A stretch of 64,000 nt of DNA from Alphaproteobacteria bacterium (lineage in GTDB: Bacteria > Pseudomonadota > Alphaproteobacteria > CAJXXZ01 > 1604HC), in NCBI GenBank assembly GCA_023898705.1, contig CP060235.1:235701-299700 (forward strand). Reading direction: 5' to 3'. This document shows positions 20,075 to 29,308 of this stretch, piece after piece (position 1 is the stretch's first letter; every line of letters begins with the position of its first letter). A program made the translations under genes and the position numbers. The notes beneath the pieces are model-generated. The model saw only the letters and a list, made by a program, of their open reading frames with translations, did no database searches and was not told the origin of the DNA.

Positions 20075-20452
20075 ATGTACAGTATGGTTATGAAACCAGC
20101 ACTTTTTGAGAGAATAAGCACAAATCCTAAGCATACGTATGCAAATATCCAAGAACTGTACGAATCAATAAGATATGAGGTTGGGTGTATAATAGATAAG
20201 CAATCTATAATGTATGATGGTGTGAGGTTGTACGATATCATGCCAAATTCCGAATATGATAGAGAGAAATTTCGGACAATGATATCAAAAATTAGAGATG
20301 CTATATTGCATTATGAGCCCAGGTTGTTATTTCCTAAGATTTCTGTTAGTAAGGTTACTCAGTCTAGTATACAATTTAGTATCAGCGGCAAAGTACAATT
20401 CTATGACGAGATATATCCTATTGTGTTGTTAAACTCAAAATATATCATATAG
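20075..20452 (+). CDS. tssE: Type VI secretion baseplate subunit TssE (gp25-like lysozyme family)
   Basis: 125 aa. N-terminal LFERIS, ESIRYEVGCII and ILHYEPRLLFPKISV motifs match the GPW/gp25 pattern (xEPRL, then a beta-rich C-terminus). Confidence 0.7.
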   Translation: MYSMVMKPALFERISTNPKHTYANIQELYESIRYEVGCIIDKQSIMYDGVRLYDIMPNSEYDREKFRTMISKIRDAILHYEPRLLFPKISVSKVTQSSIQFSISGKVQFYDEIYPIVLLNSKYII

Positions 20453-20518
20453 TGAAATTTTCCTTATTAGACACAGAATATCAGAGATAAGTACAGTTTT
20501 GTTACGATAATATTAAAT

Positions 20519-20815
20519 TTATTTTAGAGCAATTTTGATTTTAATTGATTTAACTACATGATTCCCAAGCAACTTATTAATTTCACTTTTAATTTTTGGG
20601 ACGTAATGCTGTAATGAAAAAATATTCGACGTAGGTGGGCATGATAAAAACAGGGTGCTTGTTTGTAAACAGTACTTGATTGGGGTGAGCTGAGAAGTGT
20701 TCTCGACTTTGTTCCATATATTTATAATTTGATATAAACTGCTATCTTTGATTATTGGTTTAAGAATTTTTTTTACATATAGCCCTATGGGTTTAGAATA
20801 ATCTTTACGTTGCAT
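20519..20815 (-). CDS. DUF721 (DciA-like) domain protein
   Basis: 98 aa. The pattern W..V......T.P......TL.L.C.......L.......I...IN..LG...V..I.I resembles DUF721. The match is weak and based on motifs only. Confidence 0.5.
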   Translation of the reverse strand: MQRKDYSKPIGLYVKKILKPIIKDSSLYQIINIWNKVENTSQLTPIKYCLQTSTLFLSCPPTSNIFSLQHYVPKIKSEINKLLGNHVVKSIKIKIALK

Positions 20816-20905
20816 AAACTTTAAATTAGTTTAACACAAAGTTTCTAAAAATTGAGATAGAGTTGCAATACCATAATTGTTTTATTAAATTGTATGAGCT
20901 TATAA

Positions 20906-21625
20906 TTGGCTATGGAATTAATGAATCAATTTAAGATTGTGGCTATATTACCTATAAAATTTTTTGGGTTGGATCTTTCTTTTACAAATGCATCTTTATT
21001 TATGATGTTAGCATCTGTCATCTTTATTGCTCTTGCTTTTGCTCAGAAATACCTAATTTTGCCTGGATTTATACAATTTGCCAATGAAAGAATATATACG
21101 TTTATTAATGATATTTCTATCCATTACTTAGGAAAAGAATCTGATAGGTATACCCCGTTTTTAATAGCTTTGTTTGTATTTGTATTGTTTGGGAATCTAT
21201 TGGGTCTTGTTCCTCACTCATTTACTTTTACAAGTCATTTAAGTGCAAATCTCGTAATAGCGCTGTCGGTATTTGGATTGTCTATTTTTGTTGGATATAA
21301 GAAACATGGGACTAGATTTTTAAGACTATTTGTCCCTAGTGGAGTTCCAACGGTAATTAAACCGCTTATTTTTGTGATAGAACTTGCCCTATTCTTCATT
21401 AAACCATTGGTTATGGCGCTACGATTGTCAGTAAATATGATTGCTGGCCATGTAGTATTGAAAGTTATATTGGGATATGCAGTTACACTTCTTTACTTGA
21501 AATTTATACCAATTGTTGGATACGCAACGATGATACTATTTGAAATGGCTGTCGCATTTTTTCAGGCTTACATCTTTGTGCTTCTATCTTGCATCTCTCT
21601 GAAAGATGTTTTATACTTACACTAA
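20906..21625 (+). CDS. atpB: F0F1 ATP synthase subunit a
   Basis: 239 aa, polytopic. The essential Arg region LALRLSVNMIAGH and the C-terminal FQAYIFVLL are present. Confidence 0.92.
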   Translation: MAMELMNQFKIVAILPIKFFGLDLSFTNASLFMMLASVIFIALAFAQKYLILPGFIQFANERIYTFINDISIHYLGKESDRYTPFLIALFVFVLFGNLLGLVPHSFTFTSHLSANLVIALSVFGLSIFVGYKKHGTRFLRLFVPSGVPTVIKPLIFVIELALFFIKPLVMALRLSVNMIAGHVVLKVILGYAVTLLYLKFIPIVGYATMILFEMAVAFFQAYIFVLLSCISLKDVLYLH

Positions 21626-21627
21626 TT

Positions 21628-21843
21628 ATGAGTGTTAAATTGTTTGCTGCTGTCGTTGCTATGTTGCCTCTTATTGCGGTGGCTGTTAGTATATCTAAAA
21701 TGTTTTCATCGCTGTTTGGTGCAATTAGTAATAATCCAGTTGCTAAGGATAGTATGAGTACTTTGGCATTCGTTGGAGCTGGTCTTCTTGAGTCCATAGC
21801 TCTATTGTGTTTTATTATATCTATTATAGTTATTTCTTCTTAA
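21628..21843 (+). CDS. atpE: F0F1 ATP synthase subunit c
   Basis: Start moved to MSVKLFAAV. Helical hairpin with the loop NNPVAKD and the proton-binding Glu in AGLLESIAL. Confidence 0.9.
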   Translation: MSVKLFAAVVAMLPLIAVAVSISKMFSSLFGAISNNPVAKDSMSTLAFVGAGLLESIALLCFIISIIVISS

Positions 21844-21853
21844 GGATTTCCTT

Positions 21854-22288
21854 ATGTTGCCTCAATTAAATTTGTACTGGTTTGCTGGTCAGTTTTTTTG
21901 GACTTTTTTGTTTTTTGGGGTCACTGTCTTGGTGTCTTATTACTTGTTTGTTCCTAGGGTTAAGAGTTCTATTTCAAATAGAGATGGATTCTTGTCTGAT
22001 TTACAAACAGAGATTAATAGATTGTCTGTTCAAGTTGATGGTTTGGAAAAATCTATTGAAGACAAAAGAAATGCTTTGTCTAATGAATTTGAGCTTAATT
22101 TAACAAATTTGTATGCAGATTATGATAGAAAATTCAGTAAGGCTAAAATAGAGATTGAGAAAAGTTACATTAAAAAATTAGAAGATCATAAGCTTAACCT
22201 GGAACATTGGAGAGACAAATTTTTGGATGATGTCAAATCCAGAGTACATGAGCTGGCTGAGAAGTTGAGGAATAAGCTATGTCAATGA
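21854..22288 (+). CDS. F0F1 ATP synthase subunit b'
   Basis: 144 aa with an N-terminal TM plus a charged coiled coil. It sits after atpE, as in the alphaproteobacterial atpB-E-F'-F operons. Confidence 0.7.
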   Translation: MLPQLNLYWFAGQFFWTFLFFGVTVLVSYYLFVPRVKSSISNRDGFLSDLQTEINRLSVQVDGLEKSIEDKRNALSNEFELNLTNLYADYDRKFSKAKIEIEKSYIKKLEDHKLNLEHWRDKFLDDVKSRVHELAEKLRNKLCQ

Positions 22289-22755
22289 AGTTGCTTTATG
22301 AGATTTTATCTTTCTTAGTTTCCTTATTATTTTGTAGTAAGTTTGTATTTTCTAGTGTTATAAACTTTTTAAATAACTACAGGGAGCAAATTGCTAATGA
22401 GATTAATAAGCTTAATTTTGGAATTGATGAAAAAAGGCGTGAGTATTCAAAAATACAAGAAAGAGTCAAAAATCTATCAGTTGAACTTGACGATTTATTG
22501 CATACATTAAACAAGCAATTTATTGAAAAAGCTGATTATATAGAGAAAAAATTGCAAAAAGACATAGATAGAGTTACGATTATTTATGATGCCAAATTAT
22601 TACAGTATGAGAAGAATTTTATTAAAAACATACAGGAGGAGTGCGTCAACTTAGTTCAAGAAGAGTTGAAAAATAGCATTAGTGCCTATGATAATGAATT
22701 TATAAGAAGTAGCTTGTCTAAATTGGCTGATATGAATTTAAATAAGTACATTTAA
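22279..22755 (+). CDS. atpF: F0F1 ATP synthase subunit b
   Basis: 158 aa with an N-terminal TM plus a long charged helix. It is the second b-type gene of the operon. Confidence 0.7.
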   Translation: MSMKLLYEILSFLVSLLFCSKFVFSSVINFLNNYREQIANEINKLNFGIDEKRREYSKIQERVKNLSVELDDLLHTLNKQFIEKADYIEKKLQKDIDRVTIIYDAKLLQYEKNFIKNIQEECVNLVQEELKNSISAYDNEFIRSSLSKLADMNLNKYI

Positions 22756-22880
22756 CTTGAATGTAATTTTTGGTCACCATTATATAAACTTTTTTAATCG
22801 GTGTCATACATATTATCGATTTAATGCGTTAATCAATTTGGGTTATTTAGCACATCTTTGGAAGAGGATTGTGAAAAATA

Positions 22881-23309
22881 TTACCTTGGTTCAACAGATG
22901 GAAAATATATTATATTATCTTGCTTTTCTACACTGTCCAGATTAGGAATTTCTGCTGTATCGGCTTTGAATTCTAAAGCAAAATTTGCTGATGGATCAGT
23001 AATATAAGTTATTGCATTAAATGGGACGGTGATTTTATGTATTTCATCAGCAAAGCTCAAATCTACTGAGAAACTCTGTTGAAATATTTGTAAATTATCA
23101 AAATGATTATGTAAAACAATTGTCATTGAAGTTGGATATTGTTTCCTAAGAAAAGCTGGCAACGAAACATTAGGGTGATCCATAGAAAACGCTATATAAA
23201 AATGTTGCGATCCCTGTAATCCATATTGTGTTACATGCCTTAGTATATCTCTAACCATCAGTCTGAGATACTCTTGAAGCTTACCTTTATAGTTATACTC
23301 TTCATGCAT
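22881..23309 (-). CDS. sspB: ClpXP adaptor SspB (alphaproteobacterial type)
   Basis: 142 aa. Motifs GLQGSQHFYIAF, YPTSMTIVLHNHF, LSFADEIHKITVPFNAI and DPSANFALEF match the alpha-type SspB pattern. Confidence 0.8.
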   Translation of the reverse strand: MHEEYNYKGKLQEYLRLMVRDILRHVTQYGLQGSQHFYIAFSMDHPNVSLPAFLRKQYPTSMTIVLHNHFDNLQIFQQSFSVDLSFADEIHKITVPFNAITYITDPSANFALEFKADTAEIPNLDSVEKQDNIIYFPSVEPR

Positions 23310-23469
23310 CTGTTTTCAATTATAGTGCACTACTTTTAATTTTTAAAGCTTTGAGAAAATGTCATGCGTAATTCTGATGATATTATATATTGATAATGCA
23401 ACCTATTGCACGTTTTTTCTTGATTTTGACATAATATCACGTTTTTAGTTAAAGTACAGGAATTCTGTT

Positions 23470-23800
23470 GCCCGGCTCCTGCAAACCGCTTAATATACAC
23501 AAATTTTGCATTTTGCGCTTTGTGTACATTTGCCAGCATTAGGCGTAGGCAGCTACTGGTTGACTAGAACCATGGAAAGCTCCAAACATGGAACTGTTCG
23601 CTGCTTGACGCCAGTTATTAACTGGTGTTGATGCATTATCATTTGCATTTACTTATTAGTCTTATTACGGGAAACCAATCCGAGTAAAAACCCAACTTTT
23701 CAATTCGTGTCGAACCTAATTCATCCCCATTGGTGGAGATGTCGGGCTCCGCCCCCGAGTCCACTAAACCTAATTAATTAGATGTTTATCACCATATTTA
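23470..23800 (-). ncRNA. ssrA: Two-piece (circularly permuted) tmRNA gene; outer boundaries approximate
   Basis: The minus strand reads ...GGAC TCGGG GGCGGAG CCCGA CATCTCC ACCA (CCA ends at 23731). After 2 nt it continues GGGGATGAATTAGGTTCGACACG (5' end at 23728). GGGGATG pairs with CATCTCC, including a G3-U wobble. The tag frame GCA AAT GAT AAT... runs 23646-23542, with stop TAA at 23541-23539. Confidence 0.8.
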
Positions 23801-23939
23801 CAGTAAACTGTAACAATCTAAGCTTAACACGATACATATAAAAAATCTAATAAATTTAACACCTTTTGTGTGTTTGAAGGAGAAATTTTTTAGAATAAGT
23901 TATATGTGATTTACAACATTTATGATAGCATCTTGTTGA

Positions 23940-24023
23940 GCGGTTATGGCGGAATGGTAGACGCGCAACGTTGAGGTCGTTGTGGATGATAAATCCGTGG
24001 AAGTTCAAGTCTTCTTAACCGTA
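23940..24023 (+). tRNA. tRNA-Leu (anticodon GAG), class II with long variable arm
   Basis: Acceptor GCGGTTA/TAACCGT (G1-U72), D arm GCG-GAATGGTAGA-CGC, anticodon stem CAACG/CGTTG with loop TTGAGGT. Variable arm GGATGATAAATCCGT, T arm GGAAG-TTCAAGT-CTTCT. Confidence 0.85.
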
Positions 24024-24155
24024 GTTCACTTGAGTTTCTCTTAATTTACAAGCACTTATTTCTCATGTTATACAGTTCTTATTGTAAATGTTATTTTATA
24101 TAGAGCGTCTACCGATTCTAATTATAAGAAGCTTTTATGATCAAATTCAATTATT

Positions 24156-25520
24156 CTAAAAAAGGAAATATGATGAGATGAGTAGTAGCAACGTATACCC
24201 CATCATATCTGTACAAGCTGTTAAAAAGGAACTGGTACTTAAAGCAGGATCCATACCGAATCTATTTAATAACATAGGTAACAACATTCCTATCAATCCT
24301 GCCCATATTATATTAAGCATGACTGAACATGCAAAAATAAATGCAATTTGTTTAGAAATGAAAAAATAAGATACAGTCCAAAATAAAATAGCAAAAATCA
24401 ATCCATTATGTACTCCCACTAGGAATTCTTTCCTAAGTACTCTCCACATGTTGATGTAGCTAATCTGCTTATTGGATAGGGCTCTAACCATAATAGCAAC
24501 CACTTGCATACCTGAGTTTCCACCCATTGCAGCTGTGATGGGCATAACCATAGCCAGTCTTTTGTTGGCTGACAGTACCTGTTCAAACATTCCTATTACC
24601 GTAACAGATAGCAAAGATGTGCAACTTGATATGAATAACCACTTAAAACGAGATCTAGCAGTTTCTATCACATGTGCATGAAAACCTGTTTCCTCAACAC
24701 CTGCCATATGCAAAAGATCTTCTTCACTTTCTCGAAATATAATTTCGATCACTGTATTTGCATCTATTGCCCCAACTATTTTCCCATTTTTATCAACCAC
24801 AGGCGCATTCATAGACGAGTATTGTTTAAATAATAGAGCAAGTTCCTCTTGATCGGTATTGGTTCCTAATTCAAAAAGTATTGGCTCCATACAATCTAGT
24901 AATAGCTTGCTTTTATTATGTCGATATATATTTTGTAGCTTTATTGATCCTGTAGGTTTATTTTGTGTATCTACTATAAATATTGAATAAAAATTTTCTG
25001 GCAAGTGCTTTGCTTTCGATAGAAATGAGATCGTTTTTTCTATAGTCCATTGTTCAGGAAGCGCAACAATTTGGTAATGCATAAGCCTTCCAGCACTTTT
25101 TTCTGGGTAATTTAATCCTTCTTCCAGTATGATCTTTCCAGACTTGATCGTATTTAATATTGCTTTTCTTTGTTCAGGATGTAGTTCAGATAAAATTTCG
25201 AGGGCATCCGATTCATCAATTGAACTTAAGGCATGTCCTAATTTTTCATTTGCCCAGCTCTCTATAATTTCTTCTCTAACATCATCATCTAGACAAGCTA
25301 AAATGTATGGATCAAAATCGTCCCCAAGCATGTTGACTAATTTTTCTCTCTGGGATGCAGATAAGAAATGTATGATACCCGCTGATTCTGACGCATGCAA
25401 ATGAGCGAATATATTCTTTATAGTAAATGTATTAGACTTATTCAGGTTTGCAATAATCAAACTAGTAAGATATTGAACTTTGTAGGCGTTATTATGTGAC
25501 CTTATTGGAAGAAAATTCAT
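24156..25520 (-). CDS. mgtE: Magnesium transporter MgtE
   Basis: 454 aa with an MgtE N-domain, a CBS pair region and a C-terminal 5-TM domain carrying MGGNSGMQ and TDMMGY motifs. Confidence 0.93.
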   Translation of the reverse strand: MNFLPIRSHNNAYKVQYLTSLIIANLNKSNTFTIKNIFAHLHASESAGIIHFLSASQREKLVNMLGDDFDPYILACLDDDVREEIIESWANEKLGHALSSIDESDALEILSELHPEQRKAILNTIKSGKIILEEGLNYPEKSAGRLMHYQIVALPEQWTIEKTISFLSKAKHLPENFYSIFIVDTQNKPTGSIKLQNIYRHNKSKLLLDCMEPILFELGTNTDQEELALLFKQYSSMNAPVVDKNGKIVGAIDANTVIEIIFRESEEDLLHMAGVEETGFHAHVIETARSRFKWLFISSCTSLLSVTVIGMFEQVLSANKRLAMVMPITAAMGGNSGMQVVAIMVRALSNKQISYINMWRVLRKEFLVGVHNGLIFAILFWTVSYFFISKQIAFIFACSVMLNIIWAGLIGMLLPMLLNRFGMDPALSTSSFLTACTDMMGYTLLLLISSYFLF

Positions 25521-27183
25521 CTATCACCCCACTGAGAATCAAGGTCAAATAAGCTATACTACGTGTACCTAATTTTGCGTTAAACTTCATATTCAAAGCA
25601 TTTCCATTAAGTGAAAGTATACCACAGAAACTATCTATTTTTTCTAAAATTTTACATTGTTCTAAACTTGTAACTGGCACTGGAGGTATGTCGAGAAAAG
25701 ATAACCTTTCTAGCATAGGTTTAACCAGGCGATTATTGTTTGTACTGTACGCAATCCATGGTTTATGATCAATATTGAATATCCAAAGTAGTTTCTCTTC
25801 TGTACAAGACTTTTGGAAAGGAGCGATTGCATAAGTTGATTGTCTGCAATTATCCACTGGTGTATCCCATGCATCAAGAAAGAGAGTCAAGTCTCTTGGA
25901 GCTTCAGTTAAATCAATGCTACATTTTTTATACATGGAAAAGTAATTCGCGCTATATTCATTTAGCCTGCTTTCTATGCAGCGCCCATACTGATCTGCAA
26001 CGCTGTGCCCTGCTCCGCTTTTAATAGCTGCTTTTGCTACATTCTGAGATACTACCAGTCCAAGACGCTCATCCAATGCATTTGGAATTATGTATTCAGG
26101 TCCAAATTTATCGTCATTACGAGCTAAACTAGCGATAGATTCAACACAGGCTTTTTTCATATCATCATTTATAAATTTAGCACCAGAATCTAATGCTCCC
26201 CTAAAAATGTAAGGAAAGCATAACACATTATTGATTTGATTAGGAAAATCCGACCTTCCTGTAGCGACTATGCAGTCCTGTCTTGCCTCTCTAGCTAAAT
26301 TAGGTAAGATTTCTGGATCAGGATTTGCTAATGCAAAAATAATTGGATTTGGATTCATCGATTTAAGCCAAGCTGGTTCGAGAGCATTTGCACACGAAAC
26401 ACCTACAAATACGTCAGCTCCATTCAACGCATCTTCCAAGCTGCAGCTCTCCACAGAAGCATACTTTCTTTTCTGGCCAGTTAAATCGCTTCTTTCAATT
26501 GTCAGAAGCCCCTTTGAATCAAAAACCATAATATTTTTAGTTTGTAGTCCCATGCTTACCATCATATCTAAGCAGGCTATGCCGGCCGCGCCAGCTCCAT
26601 TCATAACTAATGTAATTTCTGACCATGACCTATTTGTTAACTTGAGAGCATTTTCGAGTCCAGCAGCTGTGACGATAGCAGTTCCATGTTGATCATCATG
26701 AAAAACTGGAATTCCCAAATTTTGTAGTTCTTTTTCTATGTAAAAACATTCTGGAGACTTAATATCTTCAAGATTGATCGCTCCAAAAGTTGGAGATATC
26801 TTTTTTATTATTTCGATTATTTTATCAGGGTCAGATTCATTAATTTCGATATCAATACCATCAATACCTGCCATTTTATTCATAAGCATACACTTACCTT
26901 CCATCACAGGTTTTGATGCCAATGCACCAATATTGCCAAGACCTAATACAGCTGTACCATTACTAATTACTGCAACTATATTTTGTTTTGCAGTATAGAG
27001 TTTTGCATCTTCAGGATTATTTTGTATTTCCAAGCATGGGTAGGCCACACCTGGAGAATAGGCCAAAGAGAGATCTGAAGGCCCACTAGGCTTCGTTATT
27101 CTTGTTCCCCACTTACCTTGCGGGAAATTAGAGTGATATATTAGAGCTTTTTCTTTCATGGTTCCTTCTTTCCGTATGCACAT
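25492..27183 (-). CDS. maeB: NADP-dependent malic enzyme (MaeB-like) with a shortened C-terminal domain
   Basis: Motifs DLSLAYSPGVA, VISNGTAVLGLGNIG, KPVMEGK, INLEDIK, FHDDQHGTAIV, GAGAAG, ANPDPEI and GRSDFPNQINNVLCFPYIFRGALD. A likely alternative start is MKEKAL at 27159. Confidence 0.9.
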   Translation of the reverse strand: MCIRKEGTMKEKALIYHSNFPQGKWGTRITKPSGPSDLSLAYSPGVAYPCLEIQNNPEDAKLYTAKQNIVAVISNGTAVLGLGNIGALASKPVMEGKCMLMNKMAGIDGIDIEINESDPDKIIEIIKKISPTFGAINLEDIKSPECFYIEKELQNLGIPVFHDDQHGTAIVTAAGLENALKLTNRSWSEITLVMNGAGAAGIACLDMMVSMGLQTKNIMVFDSKGLLTIERSDLTGQKRKYASVESCSLEDALNGADVFVGVSCANALEPAWLKSMNPNPIIFALANPDPEILPNLAREARQDCIVATGRSDFPNQINNVLCFPYIFRGALDSGAKFINDDMKKACVESIASLARNDDKFGPEYIIPNALDERLGLVVSQNVAKAAIKSGAGHSVADQYGRCIESRLNEYSANYFSMYKKCSIDLTEAPRDLTLFLDAWDTPVDNCRQSTYAIAPFQKSCTEEKLLWIFNIDHKPWIAYSTNNNRLVKPMLERLSFLDIPPVPVTSLEQCKILEKIDSFCGILSLNGNALNMKFNAKLGTRSIAYLTLILSGVIDEFSSNKVT

Positions 27184-27287
27184 TCTATATCACTATTAAT
27201 AACTTTTGAATATTTTTTTCTTACATTTATAAGATATACAAAGATTTTATATTTTCTATATAAGAAAAAGTTAGTATCATAGTATTA

Positions 27288-28400
27288 ATGAATGGAAAGA
27301 TAGATAAAAAAAGAGAGAAACAATTTGCTTTAGACGCGGCAATGAAACATATTGAAAAAATGTATGGTCAGGGTGCCGTGATGAAATTGGATCAAAAGAG
27401 AGATGTAGATTTAGAAATTATTTCTACAGGATCGATAGGCTTAGACTTAGCTTTGGGAATCGGAGGTTTTCCAGTAGGAAAAATAATTGAGATTTATGGT
27501 CCGGAAAGTTCTGGAAAAACTACCTTGGCTTTACAAGTTATAGCTGAAGCTCAGAAAAAAGGTGGTGCATGTCTTTTTGTTGATACTGAGCATGCTATAG
27601 ATCCGGAATACGCCAAGAAACTTGGTGTGGATTTGAGCGGAGATAGTTTTATACTGACCCAGCCAGATACTGGAGAGCAAGCATTAGAGATCGTAGATGT
27701 GTTTGTGAGATCTCAGTCAGTTAAAGTGATTGTGGTTGATAGTGTTGCTGCGCTTGTTCCAAAAGCTGAGCTTGAAGGAGATATGGGTGATAGTCACATG
27801 GGGTTGCATGCAAGATTGATGAGTCAGGCACTAAGGAAATTGACAGGAGTCATTTCCAAATCTGGGTGTATGGTGATATTTATTAACCAAATTAGGCAGA
27901 AAATCGGTGTGATGTTTGGAAATCCTGAAACTACCACTGGTGGTAATGCTTTGAAATTCTATGCTTCAATTAGGCTTGATATACGTAAGGTTTCTGCGCT
28001 AAAGAAGGGTGACGATGTTTATGGACACCAAACTAAAGTTAAAATTGTGAAAAATAAATTGGCTCCTCCGTTGAAAACAGCTGAGTTTGAAATTCTATTT
28101 GGAGAGGGAGTATCGAAGTTAAGCGAGATTGTTGACTTGGGAGTGAAGCATGGTCTAATTACCAAAGCAGGTGCATGGTATTCCATGGGAAGTGAGCGAA
28201 TAGGTCAGGGTAAAGAGTCTGCCAAAGAATATTTCCACGAAAATCCTGAGAAAATGCAGGAAGTTGAAAGAAAATTGAAAGAAATGGTAAGTAAGGGTGC
28301 TAAAACATCTTCAGAATCTTCTCAAAATATTGGTCATGATGATGAGGTTGAATCTGAACAAGAGGGACCTGATGCATATGATAATGGCTCTGACGAGTAA
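27288..28400 (+). CDS. recA: Recombinase RecA
   Basis: 370 aa. Motifs [12 protein letters not shown], the [16 protein letters not shown] loop region, [30 protein letters not shown], and an acidic tail. Confidence 0.98.
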   Translation: MNGKIDKKREKQFALDAAMKHIEKMYGQGAVMKLDQKRDVDLEIISTGSIGLDLALGIGGFPVGKIIEIYGPESSGKTTLALQVIAEAQKKGGACLFVDTEHAIDPEYAKKLGVDLSGDSFILTQPDTGEQALEIVDVFVRSQSVKVIVVDSVAALVPKAELEGDMGDSHMGLHARLMSQALRKLTGVISKSGCMVIFINQIRQKIGVMFGNPETTTGGNALKFYASIRLDIRKVSALKKGDDVYGHQTKVKIVKNKLAPPLKTAEFEILFGEGVSKLSEIVDLGVKHGLITKAGAWYSMGSERIGQGKESAKEYFHENPEKMQEVERKLKEMVSKGAKTSSESSQNIGHDDEVESEQEGPDAYDNGSDE

Positions 28401-28870
28401 TATAAAATAATTTTATATTTTTGTACTTGCTATGGATCTTTTACTTGCAGATAAGTTTGTTTTGACGGTGTTGTTAATCTGCAGTCTTGGAATTTAAAAT
28501 CTCCATGTTTTTTATAATTACCTTAGCTAAAGTCTAGTTTTGTTTTGATAGTATTGAGAATCAATTGCAATGCATGGTGGCAGTATGTTTCATTAGTTAT
28601 ATAGACCCTCATATAGAGAAAAGATATATGCTCGTGTATGCTTTTGTTAAATCTACGACTAGATGTTCACATGGTTAAGACATCAATTTAATGTAAACAA
28701 ATATCTTGATGTTTTTTCACTGAAGAGTTTGCCTATATAGATGAAATGTTATATTGGGTAGAATTGAAAATTGGCCTCTATATTTAAGCCTATTAATGCA
28801 ATAATTGCAAATTACCTAACTACACTTTCGAGACTTGTACACTTTACCGCAAATGGTACAAATTATAAAT

Positions 28871-28944
28871 TAGCGAAGAAGGGACTCGAACCCCCGACAC
28901 GCGGATTATGATTCCGCTGCTCTAACCAGCTGAGCTACTCCGCC
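28871..28944 (-). tRNA. tRNA with CAU anticodon (elongator Met or lysidine-modified Ile2; not distinguishable by eye)
   Basis: Acceptor GGCGGAG/CTTCGCT (two G-U pairs), D arm GCTC-AGCTGGTTA-GAGC, anticodon stem GCGGA/TCCGC with loop ATCATAA. T arm GGGGG-TTCGAGT-CCCTT. Confidence 0.85.
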
Positions 28945-29308
28945 AACATAATAATTTTGTACTTTTTTTCCTATTATATCAAGACCAAACCACTTAGTTA
29001 GAGTATCAATTTTTGAACGATACATATTCAAAATGCTAGAGCTAAAAGCTTAATTTACGCTTATTACATGCAAAATTATATAAATGGTATAGTTAAACTA
29101 TACTAATTTTAAAAAGTTTCAAGAAATCCGTCCTGTCGGTGCTTGATCTGGACTTCATCTTGATTTGGTAAAGTTTATTAGAAGAGATCTACTAGCTAAA
29201 AGATGATTTATCATGAATTTTTAGCTTTTTTTACATAATTACAATTAACAAATATAACTTAGACATTATTCTGTTTTCTATAACCGTATTTCAAATTTCG
29301 ACAAAAAC

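Noticed and set aside
22757-22945. A 62-aa plus-strand ORF after atpF.
   Set aside because: It overlaps the 3' end of sspB on the other strand. It has no motifs or RBS and an odd composition.
23336-23539. A 67-aa minus-strand ORF downstream of the tmRNA tag.
   Set aside because: It begins at the tag stop region and runs through what should be the 3' pseudoknot part of the tmRNA coding piece. There are no protein motifs.
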